Below, in pieces: positions 1 through 11,800 of a stretch of 24,177 bases of DNA. Below the pieces are notes generated by a model. That model did not search any database. It saw only the letters and a program-made list of their open reading frames with translations, and had not been told where the DNA came from. This stretch comes from a virus (Duplodnaviria > Caudoviricetes): the IMG/VR virus record IMGVR_UViG_3300017912_002765, positions 1 through 24,177 of that record. One strand, 5' to 3'. The position numbers were made by a program, and so were the translations under genes. Within the stretch, counting starts at the first letter, position 1, and every line of letters starts with the position of its first letter.

Positions 1-1
1 T

Positions 2-268
2 ACAAGCGAAAATCCAGCAGAACATAAGTCTCATAACCTCATTGAACTTGAAAATGGGCAATATGCACTGTATCCTAACAACAGATTACGTATTTTTGAT
101 AATAGTTTGACTCCTGTCGACCCTAAAATGCCCGATTTTAAGGTTTCAACTCAATTTTACTCGGTTGAAAATGGTTTTGATCGCCTCGGAATGGGTCGAG
201 AGGATGAATATCACTGGAAAACTGCTAAAGAACGCGAAGAAGAGAGCGAAAATACCGAAAATAAATAA
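2..268 (+). CDS. 3' end of a hypothetical protein of the type found upstream of gp25 in T4-like cyanophages (5'-truncated)
   Basis: Frame 2 is open from the window start to TAA at 266-268: TSENPAEHKSHNLIELENGQYALYPNNRLRIFDNSLTPVDPKMPDFKVSTQFYSVENGFDRLGMGREDEYHWKTAKEREEESENTENK*. Codon usage matches neighbouring genes. It is absent from the ORF track because its start is outside the window. Confidence 0.85.
   Translation, partial: TSENPAEHKSHNLIELENGQYALYPNNRLRIFDNSLTPVDPKMPDFKVSTQFYSVENGFDRLGMGREDEYHWKTAKEREEESENTENK
260..267 (+). promoter_or_regulatory. Putative T4-type late promoter (AATAAATA)
   Basis: NATAAATA box overlapping the upstream stop codon, about 55 nt before the ATG at 323. 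It is one mismatch from the T4 gp55 consensus TATAAATA. Confidence 0.6.
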
Positions 269-272
269 AAAT

Positions 273-319
273 AGGGATAGTAACCCCTCAAAAAGTTCTG
301 TTTTTTACGAAACAGGAGC
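273..319 (+). promoter_or_regulatory. Two-hairpin 5' leader; the second hairpin sequesters the Shine-Dalgarno of the 323-502 ORF
   Basis: AGGG(273-276) pairs with CCCT(285-288). TTCTGTTTT(296-304) pairs with GAAACAGGA(309-317) including two G-U pairs, around a TTAC loop. AGGAG(314-318) lies 4 nt before the ATG. Confidence 0.5.
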
Positions 320-322
320 AAA

Positions 323-502
323 ATGGGAAATTCACCAGTGGATAGAGACAAAGATTACATGTATAAGATGTGGGGAACACAAGGTTTGATTACGGATTAT
401 TGGACACAACCCCATAAAACCAATGATTGTGCCGAAGAATTGTGTATTCAAGAGATTATGCACGATGATAAGAAGGAGGGACAGAAAAATCTACAAGAAT
501 AG
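323..502 (+). CDS. Small 59-aa hypothetical phage protein
   Basis: ATG at 323 preceded by AGGAG. Translation: MGNSPVDRDKDYMYKMWGTQGLITDYWTQPHKTNDCAEELCIQEIMHDDKKEGQKNLQE*. It fills the gap between two late-promoter boxes and falls just under the apparent 60-aa cutoff of the ORF track. Confidence 0.8.
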   Translation: MGNSPVDRDKDYMYKMWGTQGLITDYWTQPHKTNDCAEELCIQEIMHDDKKEGQKNLQE

Positions 503-504
503 GG

Positions 505-512
505 TATAAATA
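505..512 (+). promoter_or_regulatory. T4-type late promoter (TATAAATA) for gp25-gp6
   Basis: Perfect TATAAATA in the intergenic gap, 27 nt upstream of the gp25 ATG. Confidence 0.85.
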
Positions 513-539
513 AAATTGAATATCATAATTTGTTGTTAA

Positions 540-941
540 ATGCCAACACAAAGGACTAGTAGATCCTTTAGGGACATAAGTTTGTCCTTTATTCCTCACC
601 CAGTCACCAGAGATTTAACAGTTTTAACGAACGGATCTGCTATTTCAAGATCCGTTCGTAACCTTGTGGAGACAATTCCATCAGAAAGATTTTTTAATTC
701 TGTTATTGGATCAACTGTTAGAGATTCTTTGTTTGAAAATTTTGATCTAGGAATATCTGCTGCCATACAAGACCAAATAACTACAACTATTAGAAATTTT
801 GAACCTAGAGTTGAAAATGTAGTTGTTGAAGTTAATGCATATCAGAATAATAACGCTTTAGATGTAACTATTATTTTTGATGTTGTAGGACAGCAGATTC
901 CATCACAAACCGTAAACTTCATACTAGAGGCAACAAGATAA
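540..941 (+). CDS. gp25: Baseplate wedge subunit gp25 (GPW/gp25 family)
   Basis: 133 aa with FRDISLSF..HPVT.DL, AISRSVRNLVET.P.ERFFN..IGS and I.NFEPRV motifs typical of gp25. Directly upstream of gp6. Confidence 0.93.
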   Translation: MPTQRTSRSFRDISLSFIPHPVTRDLTVLTNGSAISRSVRNLVETIPSERFFNSVIGSTVRDSLFENFDLGISAAIQDQITTTIRNFEPRVENVVVEVNAYQNNNALDVTIIFDVVGQQIPSQTVNFILEATR

Positions 942-942
942 A

Positions 943-2886
943 ATGCCTTTTACGCAGTACACTAATTTAGATTTTGATCAGATAAAACAATCGATTAAAG
1001 ATTATCTAAGATCAAATAGCAAATTTACCGATTTTGACTTTGAAGGATCTAATTTCTCAGTCTTAATTGATACGCTGGCATATAATACATATATTTCTGC
1101 ATTTAATGCAAACATGATTGCAAATGAGTCTTTTTTAGACTCTGCAACCATGAGAGAAAACGTAGTTTCTCTTGCAAGAAACATTGGTTACGTACCCAGA
1201 TCTAAAACGGCAGCAAGAGCAAGGGTTTCTTTTGATGTCAACTTTTTTGGAGCATCTTCTATTCTTACATTAAAAGAAGGTTTAGTTTGTATAGGAACTG
1301 AGACAGAAACTTCTTATACTTTTTCGATACCAGAAGATATTACTGTTAATACAACTTCTCTTTCAGGATCTAATGTTGATGTAACAACAGAGAGGCAGGC
1401 ATTTTTTGATGAGATTGAAATTTATGAAGGAATCTTTGTACAAAAGAACTTCACAGTTGATAGTTCTATCAAACAGAGATTTATTCTAGATAATCCAAAT
1501 ATTGATACATCTACCGTAAGAGTACATGTTCGTGAATCTAATGAGGTTGGTAGAGGTGCAGAGTACAGGTATGTAGATAATATAAACAAAGTAGATGGAA
1601 CCTCTGAAATCTTCCTTTTACAAGAAATAAAGGATGAGAAATATGAGATTATTTTTGGTGATGGATATTTCGGCAAAAAATTAAATAACAATGCTGTCGT
1701 GATGGTTTCATACATTGTAACTAATGGTGATGCTGGAAATGGAGTCAGATCATTCTCATTTACAGGAAGATTTGAAGGAGCAAATAATTTACCAATAACT
1801 CCAACAGAATCAACCTTTGTAAGCACTCTACAAAGTTCTAGAAACGGGACAGAAGTAGAGTCCTTAGATAGTATCAAATACTTTGCTCCAAAGCAGTACA
1901 GTGCTCAGAACAGGGCAGTTACGACCAGAGACTATGAGACCATTGTTAAACAAATTTACCCCAATACAGAATCTGTAGCAGTTATTGGAGGCGAAGAATT
2001 AAATCCACCTAAGTTTGGTCAAGTTTTCATTTCAATTAAACCTAAAAATGGAACGTTCCTATCAGACTTCTCTAAATTACAAATTCAATCAAAACTAAAA
2101 GATTATTCTATTATTGGAATTAATCAAGAAGTTATAGATCTCAAAATACTTTATGTTGAAATCGATTCTTCAATCTACTTTAATGCATCCAAGATATCAA
2201 CAATTCAATCACTTCAAGGAAGAGTTATTTCTTCTTTAGAATCCTACGCAAAATCTACAAATCTCAACAAGTTTGGTGGTAGATTTAAGTATAGTAAATT
2301 GTGTCAAGTTATTGATAAAGTGGATGATGCAATTACATCCAATATAACAAAAGTTAGGATGAGAAGAGATTTAAAGGCAACAATAAATGCATTTGCACAG
2401 TATGAGTTATGTTTTGGTAATAGATTTTATATTAACCCATTTGGTGGGACTATTAAAAGTACAGGATTTACTGTTGAAGGGCAACCAGGAACAGTATTCT
2501 TAACAGACGTTCCAAATAAGAATGAAGATGGTTCTCTAGATGGTTCTGGAAAGGGGACAATATCATTGATTAGATTTGATACTACAAATAGAGAAGCTGT
2601 TGTTGTAGGTCAATCTGTTGGAACAGTAGATTATACTGAAGGAGAAGTTATACTGAATACAATAAAAATTACTAATACAGTACAAGCAGATAATATCATT
2701 GAAATTCAGGCATTTCCTGATTCAAACGATGTAATTGGATTGAAAGATTTATTTGTAGTTTTTGATGTATCCAATAGCGTTCCTACTATAAATATGAAGA
2801 AAGATACTATTTCTTCTGGTGAAAGTACATCGGGTCTAACATTCCCAACATCATCCAGTTATCCAAACGGAAAATTAACGAGGTAA
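943..2886 (+). CDS. gp6: Baseplate wedge subunit gp6
   Basis: 647 aa. N-terminal LDFDQIK..IKDYLR...FTDFDFEGSNFSVLIDTLAYNTY, ESFLDSAT.RENVVSLARNIGYVPRS, YEIIFGDG.FGK and QNRAVT..DY are hallmark T4 gp6 motifs. Confidence 0.96.
   Translation: MPFTQYTNLDFDQIKQSIKDYLRSNSKFTDFDFEGSNFSVLIDTLAYNTYISAFNANMIANESFLDSATMRENVVSLARNIGYVPRSKTAARARVSFDVNFFGASSILTLKEGLVCIGTETETSYTFSIPEDITVNTTSLSGSNVDVTTERQAFFDEIEIYEGIFVQKNFTVDSSIKQRFILDNPNIDTSTVRVHVRESNEVGRGAEYRYVDNINKVDGTSEIFLLQEIKDEKYEIIFGDGYFGKKLNNNAVVMVSYIVTNGDAGNGVRSFSFTGRFEGANNLPITPTESTFVSTLQSSRNGTEVESLDSIKYFAPKQYSAQNRAVTTRDYETIVKQIYPNTESVAVIGGEELNPPKFGQVFISIKPKNGTFLSDFSKLQIQSKLKDYSIIGINQEVIDLKILYVEIDSSIYFNASKISTIQSLQGRVISSLESYAKSTNLNKFGGRFKYSKLCQVIDKVDDAITSNITKVRMRRDLKATINAFAQYELCFGNRFYINPFGGTIKSTGFTVEGQPGTVFLTDVPNKNEDGSLDGSGKGTISLIRFDTTNREAVVVGQSVGTVDYTEGEVILNTIKITNTVQADNIIEIQAFPDSNDVIGLKDLFVVFDVSNSVPTINMKKDTISSGESTSGLTFPTSSSYPNGKLTR
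2787..2794 (+). promoter_or_regulatory. Internal T4-type late promoter (TATAAATA) in the gp6 3' end, serving gp7
   Basis: Perfect TATAAATA within the codons for T-I-N-M, 93 nt upstream of the gp7 ATG. Confidence 0.75.
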
Positions 2887-2887
2887 T

Positions 2888-5800
2888 ATGCTTAGCGAAG
2901 GGTTTGACGTAAGAGTAAAGACAAGTCAGATTATACAAAACCAACTACCTAGGTTTATTGGAGAGGAAAATACTAACTTTGTAGAATTTTTGACTCAATA
3001 TTATTTGTCTCAGGAATTCCAAGGCGGTCCTACGGATATTCTGGACAACCTTGATCAGTATTTGAATCTTGATATTCTTACCGAGGATAATCTTTCCAGG
3101 ACTTATAGTCTAACACAGAGTGTTAGTTATGGTGATGAAGAAATATATGTTGATTCTACTCTTGGATTTCCTGATGAATATGGTCTATTAAAGATCAATA
3201 ATGAAATTATTTCTTATAAAGAAAAAACGGCAACTAGTTTTTCTGGATGTCTAAGAGGATTCAGTGGCATTGAAGCATATGAAGAAGGTAATTATGGTAC
3301 TGAGTTAGTATTCAAATCTACAGAAATTGATCAACATCAATCTGGTGATGTAGTTGAAAACTTAAGTAATGTATTTTTAAAGCAATTTTATAAAAAAATT
3401 AAAGGATTTTTAACACCAGAATTAGAAAATGTAAAATTTACAGATGGTTTAAATGTAGGAACATTTCTTAAAGAATCATCAAGTCTTTATAAAACCAAAG
3501 GTACGGAAGAATCTTTTAGAATTCTTTTTAATGTCCTTTATGGTATAACCCCAAGCATCTTAAATTTAGAAGACCAGTTAATTAAACCTTCTTCTGCAGA
3601 TTACATTAGAAGAAAAGTTATATTTGGAGAATTGTTAGAAGGTTTAAATCCAGATTTAATTATTGGTCAAACTTTAGTAAGTTCCGATGGAACCGCAAAT
3701 GGACCAATTTCGGAAATAGAAATTGTAAAGAAGAGAGGAAAATTTACATATAAGATTTCTTTATTTGAAGGATATGACGATAGAAGTTTGATAAACGGAA
3801 CTTTTAATATAACAGCATCATCCAAAGTTATTGGAAATTTTCCAATTGATTCCAAAACATTAAGTGTAGATTCTACTATTGGATTTCCAGAAAGTGGAAC
3901 TATTTTGTGCGGAGATAATACGATTACATATACAGAAAAAACTGTAAATCAATTTTTAAACTGTTCTGGTATTAATAATGAAATATTGGATAGTGATTCT
4001 GTTAGAGAAACTAGATATGTTTATGCATATGAAAATGGTGATACTACTAAAATCGTAAGATTTTCTGTTTCTAACATATTATCGGAAATAAATTTTCCAG
4101 AAGATACAACCCTAACAAATGATGATGAAAGTATTACTGTAATTAATCTGGGTGATAATGTTGTAAATCCACAACTAAACAAAACATATAAGGAACTCTT
4201 ATTTAATTCGTGGATATACAATACAAGTTCAAGATATCAAATTGAGTCGTCCGAATCTAATACCACTCATACTACAAAAGATTTACTCGATAAGAGTAGT
4301 ATGAAAAGGGGTGATGAAGTAGAAATTGTTGATAGAAAACTCAATACCGTATATGGTATTGGTAGAATTGCTGACGCTACAAATTACAGTTTAAAACTAG
4401 AGAGTTATGTAAATATTTCTGGAGTTTCTTTAAATACAAAACTAGTTGATGTAAAGAGAAGATTAAAATATGCTAGTTCAAGTTCTGAAGAGTTAAAATA
4501 TCCAAATTTACTTGCAAATATACAAAACGTTTATAGTGATGGTGATGACTATGCATATGTAGCAACAAACTCTTTACCAGATTTTGAAATTAAGTCTGAC
4601 TTTGCCAGTAGATTTATTAATAATGCTAATACTGTAAATGTAGTTAATAACAGTATTATTTTTCCACAAATACAATTACCATTACCATTTATTACTGGAG
4701 ACGAAGTAGTTTATATTGCTGAAAATGAAGAAAGTCCAATCACTGGATTAACTTCAGGTAGAAATTATTTTATAAAAATAGTTTCCGAAGATAGTATCCG
4801 TTTATATGTTTCAAAATCATTTATTTACACAGATAAGTTTATAGAAATAAGTGTTTCACAAAATCATCCTTCTGGGAAACATTCTTTAACTCTTTTAAGA
4901 CAATATGGCAAAAAGATCACATCTAGCAAATCTCTAAGAAAAATTACATTAAAACCAAATACTAATAATGGTCAAAAAGAATTAACCACAGCAGGAAAAC
5001 CTGTTGGTATGTTAGTTAATGGAACTGAGATTATTAGTTATAAGGGAACTGATGAAATTTACTATGGACCAATATCAGGAAAAACAATTTATAATAATGG
5101 AACGGATTATGATGTCATAGATGCACCCATTTTAAGTGTATCTTCTCCACAGGTATCTACAGGAGCAACTTCATTCATTACACCAGTTGTTCAAGGATCT
5201 GTCAAATCTATTTTATTAGATACTCCAGAAGTTGAAGTTAATACTGTTTCCTTTGTTCGCATCGTTGGTGGAAATGGATCTGGTTGTATTTTAGATCCCA
5301 TCATTGAAAGAAAACAAAGTCAATTTGAGTTTGATGCTTTAAATAGTTTAAATGTTCTTGCAGAAACTATTACTTTTGCAACAGATCATAACTTAACAGA
5401 TGGTCAAGAAATTATTTACAGTGCAAATGGAAATAGTGAAATTGGAATTGGAACTTACTATGGTAGTAATGCAGATCAATCAGAAACTTTATTAGATGGT
5501 GGTTCTTACTACGCAAAAGTTTTTAATTCAAACACAATTCAGTTGTATGGCAACCAGTCTGATTATAAAGCAGGGATTAATACTATAGGATTTACTACCA
5601 CAGGAAATAGAGGTATTCATAAATTCCGCACTATTGAGTTTAAAAATGTGTTGGTTGATATAAAAGTTGAATCAGAAGGATCTGGATATACAAATAGAAA
5701 TCTAATTGTAAAACCAGAAGGAGTTTTTACCCAAGATTCTAAAGTCAAGTTTACAAATCATGGATTTGAAGATGGTGAGTTGATTAAGTATACTTCCGAT

Positions 5801-8800
5801 GATCCTATTTCTGGATTATCTACTACCAATCAATATTATGTTTTAAAATTAAACGATAATGAATTTAAATTAGCAAACGCTGGTGTTGATGGAACCATCA
5901 CTACGGAATATGAAAGAAGAGATTATGTAAGATTTACTTCTACAGGAACTGGATATCATAAGTTTAATTATCCTGACATCCAGGTTGATATTGGTGTTTC
6001 ATATGCAACTACAAGTCGAACTATAGTTGCTAAACCTTTAATAAGAGGATCTATTATTGATACTTACATTTATGAGGAAGGTAGTGACTATGGTTCTGTT
6101 ATTTTAAACTATCATAATAGACCAGCAGTTACTGTAAAACAAGGAAAAGATGGTTCAGTAAGACCTGTAATTATTAATGGAAGAATTATTGATGTCGTAG
6201 TAGAAACCACAGGTAGTGAATTTTTCTCAAAACCAGATTTAATTGTAAACAGTAGTACTGGAACAGGTGTAAAACTAAATCCAGTTATTTCTGGTGGAAA
6301 GTTAGTAGATGTAATTGTCATCAAGAGTGGTGCAGGATATTCTGCAAACGATACAATTACAGTTAAAGCACCTGGATCTGCATTTAATATAGATCTTAAC
6401 GTTAGAAAATTGAGAGTTAATGCTTTAAATAGATTTGGATCTGAATATTTAAATTCATTTGGTACTATCCAAGATGATGAGGTTTTATATTCAGTACTTG
6501 GTTATAATGATACGATTAGAGAATCTCTATCCGACAATCGCGGTTCTGAGGAAAAACCTGATCATTCCCCCATTATTGGTTGGGCTTATGATGGTAATCC
6601 AATTTACGGTCCTTTTGGATATACAGATCCTAGTGATTCCAGTGCTGTTTCTCTCTTGAAGAGTGGTTATAAGTTACGTACAGATTTAGTTAAAAATAGA
6701 CCAGTATCCGCTGATTTTGGTGATGGATTCTTTGTTGAGGACTATGTTTATGATGGTAGTGGAGATTTGGATATTTACAATGGTAGATATGCAAAAACAC
6801 CAGAGTTTCCAAATGGAACTTATGCGTATTATGGATCAATAGAAGCAAATCCAGAAGTAATTAATTCATTCATTCCACAATTCCCATATTTTATTGGCAA
6901 TTTCTTCAAGTCCAAATTTGATGAAGATGTCTTTGATATTGATCAGACAAATTATGATTTTTCTACAGGAAAAATTCAAAGAAATACTTTCCCATATAGA
7001 ATAGGTTCTGAGTACTCTTCAACTGATTATGTTGATTTTATATACGATAAAGGATCTATAAGTGCAACTGTTGAAGAGGCATCTAGAGGTGGAGTAACAA
7101 GTTTTAGCATTATTGACTCTGGATCTGGATACAAAGTAGGTGATACAATAAACGTTGACGATACAGAAACTGGTGGATCTGGTGCATCTGCCATAGTTAA
7201 ATCTGTAAAAGGTAAAACTATTGATAATATTACAACAATTTCTGATCTATATGAAAGTGCTACAATAGTTAAGAGATCTTTTGATACTTTGGATTTGTAT
7301 GTCCAACCTTATCATGATTTGAATAATGAATCTTTTATTACACTATATCAACCATCATTCTTCACTAATCCTGCAGAAATTCCATTATTTGGAACCAGAA
7401 AAGATCCTGTTCATCCACAAACACAACAAACTACAATTAGATATTCTAATGGATTTTCTAATGCTAAGTATGGAAGTGCTGTAGCAATTGGTAATAGTAC
7501 ACTTGTTGTTTCCAACAATGCAAGTGTTGGTGCAGTTTATGCGTATGATATGAATGGTGGCAATGAAGTAATTATTAGTGCTACTGATTTTGCTTCCGGT
7601 GATTCTTTTGGTATATCTGTAGCGGTAGGAAACAACAAAATAGTTGTTGGTGCTTCTTATGATGATGATGGTGGAAATGCTACTGGTTCAGTATATGTCT
7701 ACAATTTAGATGGAACTGGTCAAGTTAAAATTACAGCATCAGATGCTGCTGAAAATGATCAATTTGGAAGATCTGTCGATGTTGGTGATAATAAAATTAT
7801 AGTTGGTTCATTCAATGATAACAGTAGTGCAGGGTCTGCATATATCTACAATTTGGATGGAACAGGTGAAGTCAAAGTTGTAGCATCAGATTCTGATCCT
7901 AGTGATACTTTTGGACGTGCTGTTGCCATAGGACACTCTAAAATTGCAATTGGTGCTCCATTTGCAGATGAAACTGCCAGTAATACTGGCACTGTATACA
8001 TCTATGATCAAGATGGTACAAATCAAGTAAGTGTGATTGCTTCAGACAACACTGCAAACACCCTGAACCGCAAGTTTGGTGAGGCATTAGCAATTGGTTC
8101 CAATAAGATTGTTGTTGGTGCTCCTGGCGTTGAAAATGAAAGAGGTGCAGTTTATGTTTACGATATGGATGGAACAGGTGAAGTTAAAATTCAAGCAAGC
8201 GATGGAGTTGCAACAGATCGTTTTGGAGCTTCTGTTGATATATCTGGCAATTATATTATTGTTGGTGCATGGGGAGATGATGATGATGGAAGTACATCAG
8301 GTTCAGCATACATCTATAATTTAGATGGAACTAATGAGAGAAAAGTTACAGCAAGTAATGCTGGAGAATTTGATAGATTTGGATATGCTGTTGCCGTTGA
8401 TGCTGACGTTGCTATTGTAGGTGCCCCCATGGAAGATGGAGACGCTAATAATGCTGGTGCAATCTACAGATTTACTTTAGATGCTGTCACCATAGTACCA
8501 ACATTTGAAATTGCAAATTATGGAAGTCTAAAAGAAGTATCTATTCCTGGTTTGAGTGGTGTCCATAAAATAAATGTCAATAAGTACTCTTCTATCTTAG
8601 TAAAAGAAATTCCAGCAACAACAGTTGGAATAGTAACTGATATCTATGTTGCAGAAATACCATCCAATGTTTCTATTGGTAGTTCTATAAAAATTGGCAC
8701 AGAAGTAATGTCAATTTTAAATAAATTTAATACTAATAGAATTTTAAGAGTACATAGAAATGCTGGCGGTATTCATACCGAAACATCTAAAGTTGATTAT

Positions 8801-11800
8801 TTGCCAGAATCTTTCAGTATTAAATTATCCACGGAAAATTTTGAATCTAATGTTAATAGAAGAGTATATTTCAATCCAACAGAATCTGTTGGTGTTGGAA
8901 GAACCACGGGTCTTGGTGTAGAAGTTAATTATTCTGTTGGAGAATTAAGTAAGTCTGTTTCTGTAGAAACATCTTCGATTTTTATACCAAATCATCCATT
9001 TGAAGATAATCAAAGAGTTAGACTTCATAGACCATCATCTGCTGCAAATCCATTACTTGCGTATGATTCGGAAACTGATACATCGGAGTATTTTCCAGCA
9101 TCATCAGATTTAACAAAAGATTTTTATATTGTTAATAAAGGTATTGACTTTATTGGATTGGCAACTGCACCTGGAAGAGATCAGGGATTGTATTTTGATG
9201 ATAATGGTACAGATAGTTATGAATATTTCTTTGAAATCTTTAAACCTAGAACAATTGTTGATGCAGAGGTTTTATCAACTACTGTTACTACGTCAACTGA
9301 CCATGGATTAATAAATGGTGATATAGTTGATCTTAAATTGATTTCTGAGCAAAACGTAGGAATTGCATTTACTGAAACAGCAGTAAATGTGAAGTATAAT
9401 ACTGAATATAATAAACTTCTTCTAAGCACAGTTGGATTTGGATCTGAAGCAGTAAATCCATTAACTAATAGAATTACTTTACAAGATCATAAGTATTCTA
9501 CTGGGGATAAATTATTCTATGATCATAGCAACAATTCATCCATAACTGGATTGTCAACAGGTGAATATTATGTTGTTCGTGTAGATAAAGATAAATTTAG
9601 TCTCTCTGAAACATATAAAGATACTATTGCAGATCCACAAGTTGTGGTAAGTTTTGGATCTACTGGTGGAGGATCTCAATCTATTAGTTTGATAAACCCA
9701 TCAATTAATGTCACTAAAAATGATACGCTGGTTTTTGATGTAAGTGATGTTTCTTTGGAAAATTCAAAATTGGAATTTTTCTATGACAACAGATTTATTA
9801 ATGAATTTGTTTCTACAGGATCTACCAATCAATTTAATGTTCAGAGAATTGGAACTCCTGGTGCTGGCATTGGAACTAATATAGTATCAATTAGACCTCT
9901 TACTGGAATAGATACGGAATTATTCTATTCTTTGAGAAGAGGGACGGAAGTAATATCTTCAGACTTAGATGTTGTAAGTTATTCTTCGATAAAAACAAAG
10001 GAGAGTGATTATACTGGAAGATATACAGTTATTAGTTCGGGACCAACATCATTTAATATTGTCCTTAAAAATAGACCAGAAAGAATTTCATATGCTTCAA
10101 GTGAAATTAGTTCTCTAGAGTATACGACTTCATCAACAGGTGCAGTTGGAGGTATTTCTGAAATAAAATCAGTATTTGAAGGAATTGGATATGAAAAATT
10201 ACCAAAATTTACTGGATTTGATAGTACTAATGGAATTAATGCAAAAATTCAATTAGACACCACCAACATTGGAAAAATTAATGATATTAAGATTAAAAAT
10301 GAAGGTATTGTATACCCCTCTGATTATACACTAGCACCTCAAGGAAGATCCTCACTGATATGTAATGTCATCGACAACCAAGAAATTACAAGAGTTGATA
10401 TTACATTTGGCGGAAGAAATTATTACACTCCACCATCTTTTGTATGTGTTGATTCTGCATCAAGAAATGTTATTGAGGGTGTTGCATTTAAAGCAACACT
10501 AAGTTCTGGATCTATTACAGATGTTGATATTATTTCTTCTGCGAAAGGACTTGCTAGTGTTCAGCATGAATTATTTACAGTAAATAATACCAATGGAATT
10601 AATATTAAATCTTTAACAGCAACTGCAGAAGGTTTAGTTACTGCAACTTTATCAACACCAATATTTGGATTCTCAACTTCATCACCACCATTTGCTACTG
10701 GTGATGAAGTCTTTGTTGAAGGAATTGCAAAAACTAGTGGAAAAGGATTTAACTCTGAAGATTATGGACACAAATTCTTTAAGGTAACAGATTATCAACC
10801 TACAAATCCAGCAGTTGTTACTTTTGATGTGGGAGAAGATCCGGGAGTTGCTGCAGCAATTCAATCTTTTGCCATAATAATTAATAAGAACGAATATCCA
10901 ATCTTTAATGCAGTTCAAGAAAATAGCACATTTTTTGAAAATGAGTCTATTTTATTAAATTATGGTGCAGGATTCTTTAAGAGTGATTATATTGTTGATG
11001 ATTATGTTGGTTCGTATATAAAATTAAAAGGAAAAGGTGCAATCCAAAATAATATTGAAATAAAAGGAGAAAAATCTGGTTCTATCGCAAAAGTAGAAAA
11101 TTTCTCATTTAATGATGGAAATTTTGTTACTTCTGCAACAGCATCACAAGTTGGTGGTTGGAATAATGAAACTGGATTGCTGAGTTTTGATCAACAAGTT
11201 ATTGAAGATAATGATTATTATCAATCGTTGTCATATTCGATTAGAAGCTCTATTCCTTTCGATCAAATATCAGACACTGTTAATCGCATTGTACACCCAA
11301 CAGGTCTTAAAAACTTTGCAGATGTTCAAATTGAAAATAGTGTTTCGGTCGATGTTGTTAATCAATCAAAAACTGTTTTGATTGCTGATTTTATTAATGA
11401 TGCAAGAGTAGATCAAAGAAATGGACTTGATTTAGTTTTAGATTCTTCAATTAGTGATGAAAAGACCAGAGATATTAAATTCGTAAACAAAAAACTAACA
11501 GATTATTTTAAATGTAAGACTAATCGAGTTCTTCCTATTGATGATATTAGTGGTAAGTTTTCAAGTAAAAACTCCGACCAAGAAACTTATGAAAATTTAG
11601 CAATTTATCCAGATTATGTTGGATATTCTAGATTCTTAATTCAAACTATTGGAGTTGGTAACACTAATTTCCAAATAGATGATGTCGTTGTTCTTAATGA
11701 TAAGTTGAATGCTTATACAGTCAATCGAGGACAAATAGGTAACACACATGAACCATTCATCGAACACAATGGTAATATGGATCAAGGTGTTATGTACCTC

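Noticed and set aside
295-319. Hairpin read as a rho-independent terminator
   Set aside because: The U-run is inside the stem and loop rather than after it, and the 3' arm is the SD of the next gene.
165-389. 74-aa plus-strand ORF from the track
   Set aside because: It overlaps two better-supported ORFs (<2-268 and 323-502) in another frame, has a non-ATG start, and crosses the promoter and hairpin region.
8276-8287. (GAT)4 microsatellite
   Set aside because: It encodes the DDDD acidic loop of an FG-GAP blade and is too short to suggest phase variation.
7699-8340. Repeated DNA words (..gatggaac.ggt.aagt.aaa..) at ~150-nt spacing, considered as a CRISPR array or DGR template/variable pair
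   Set aside because: The repeats are degenerate, in frame and explained by FG-GAP blades. Differences are not adenine-specific, and there is no cas or reverse transcriptase gene in the window.
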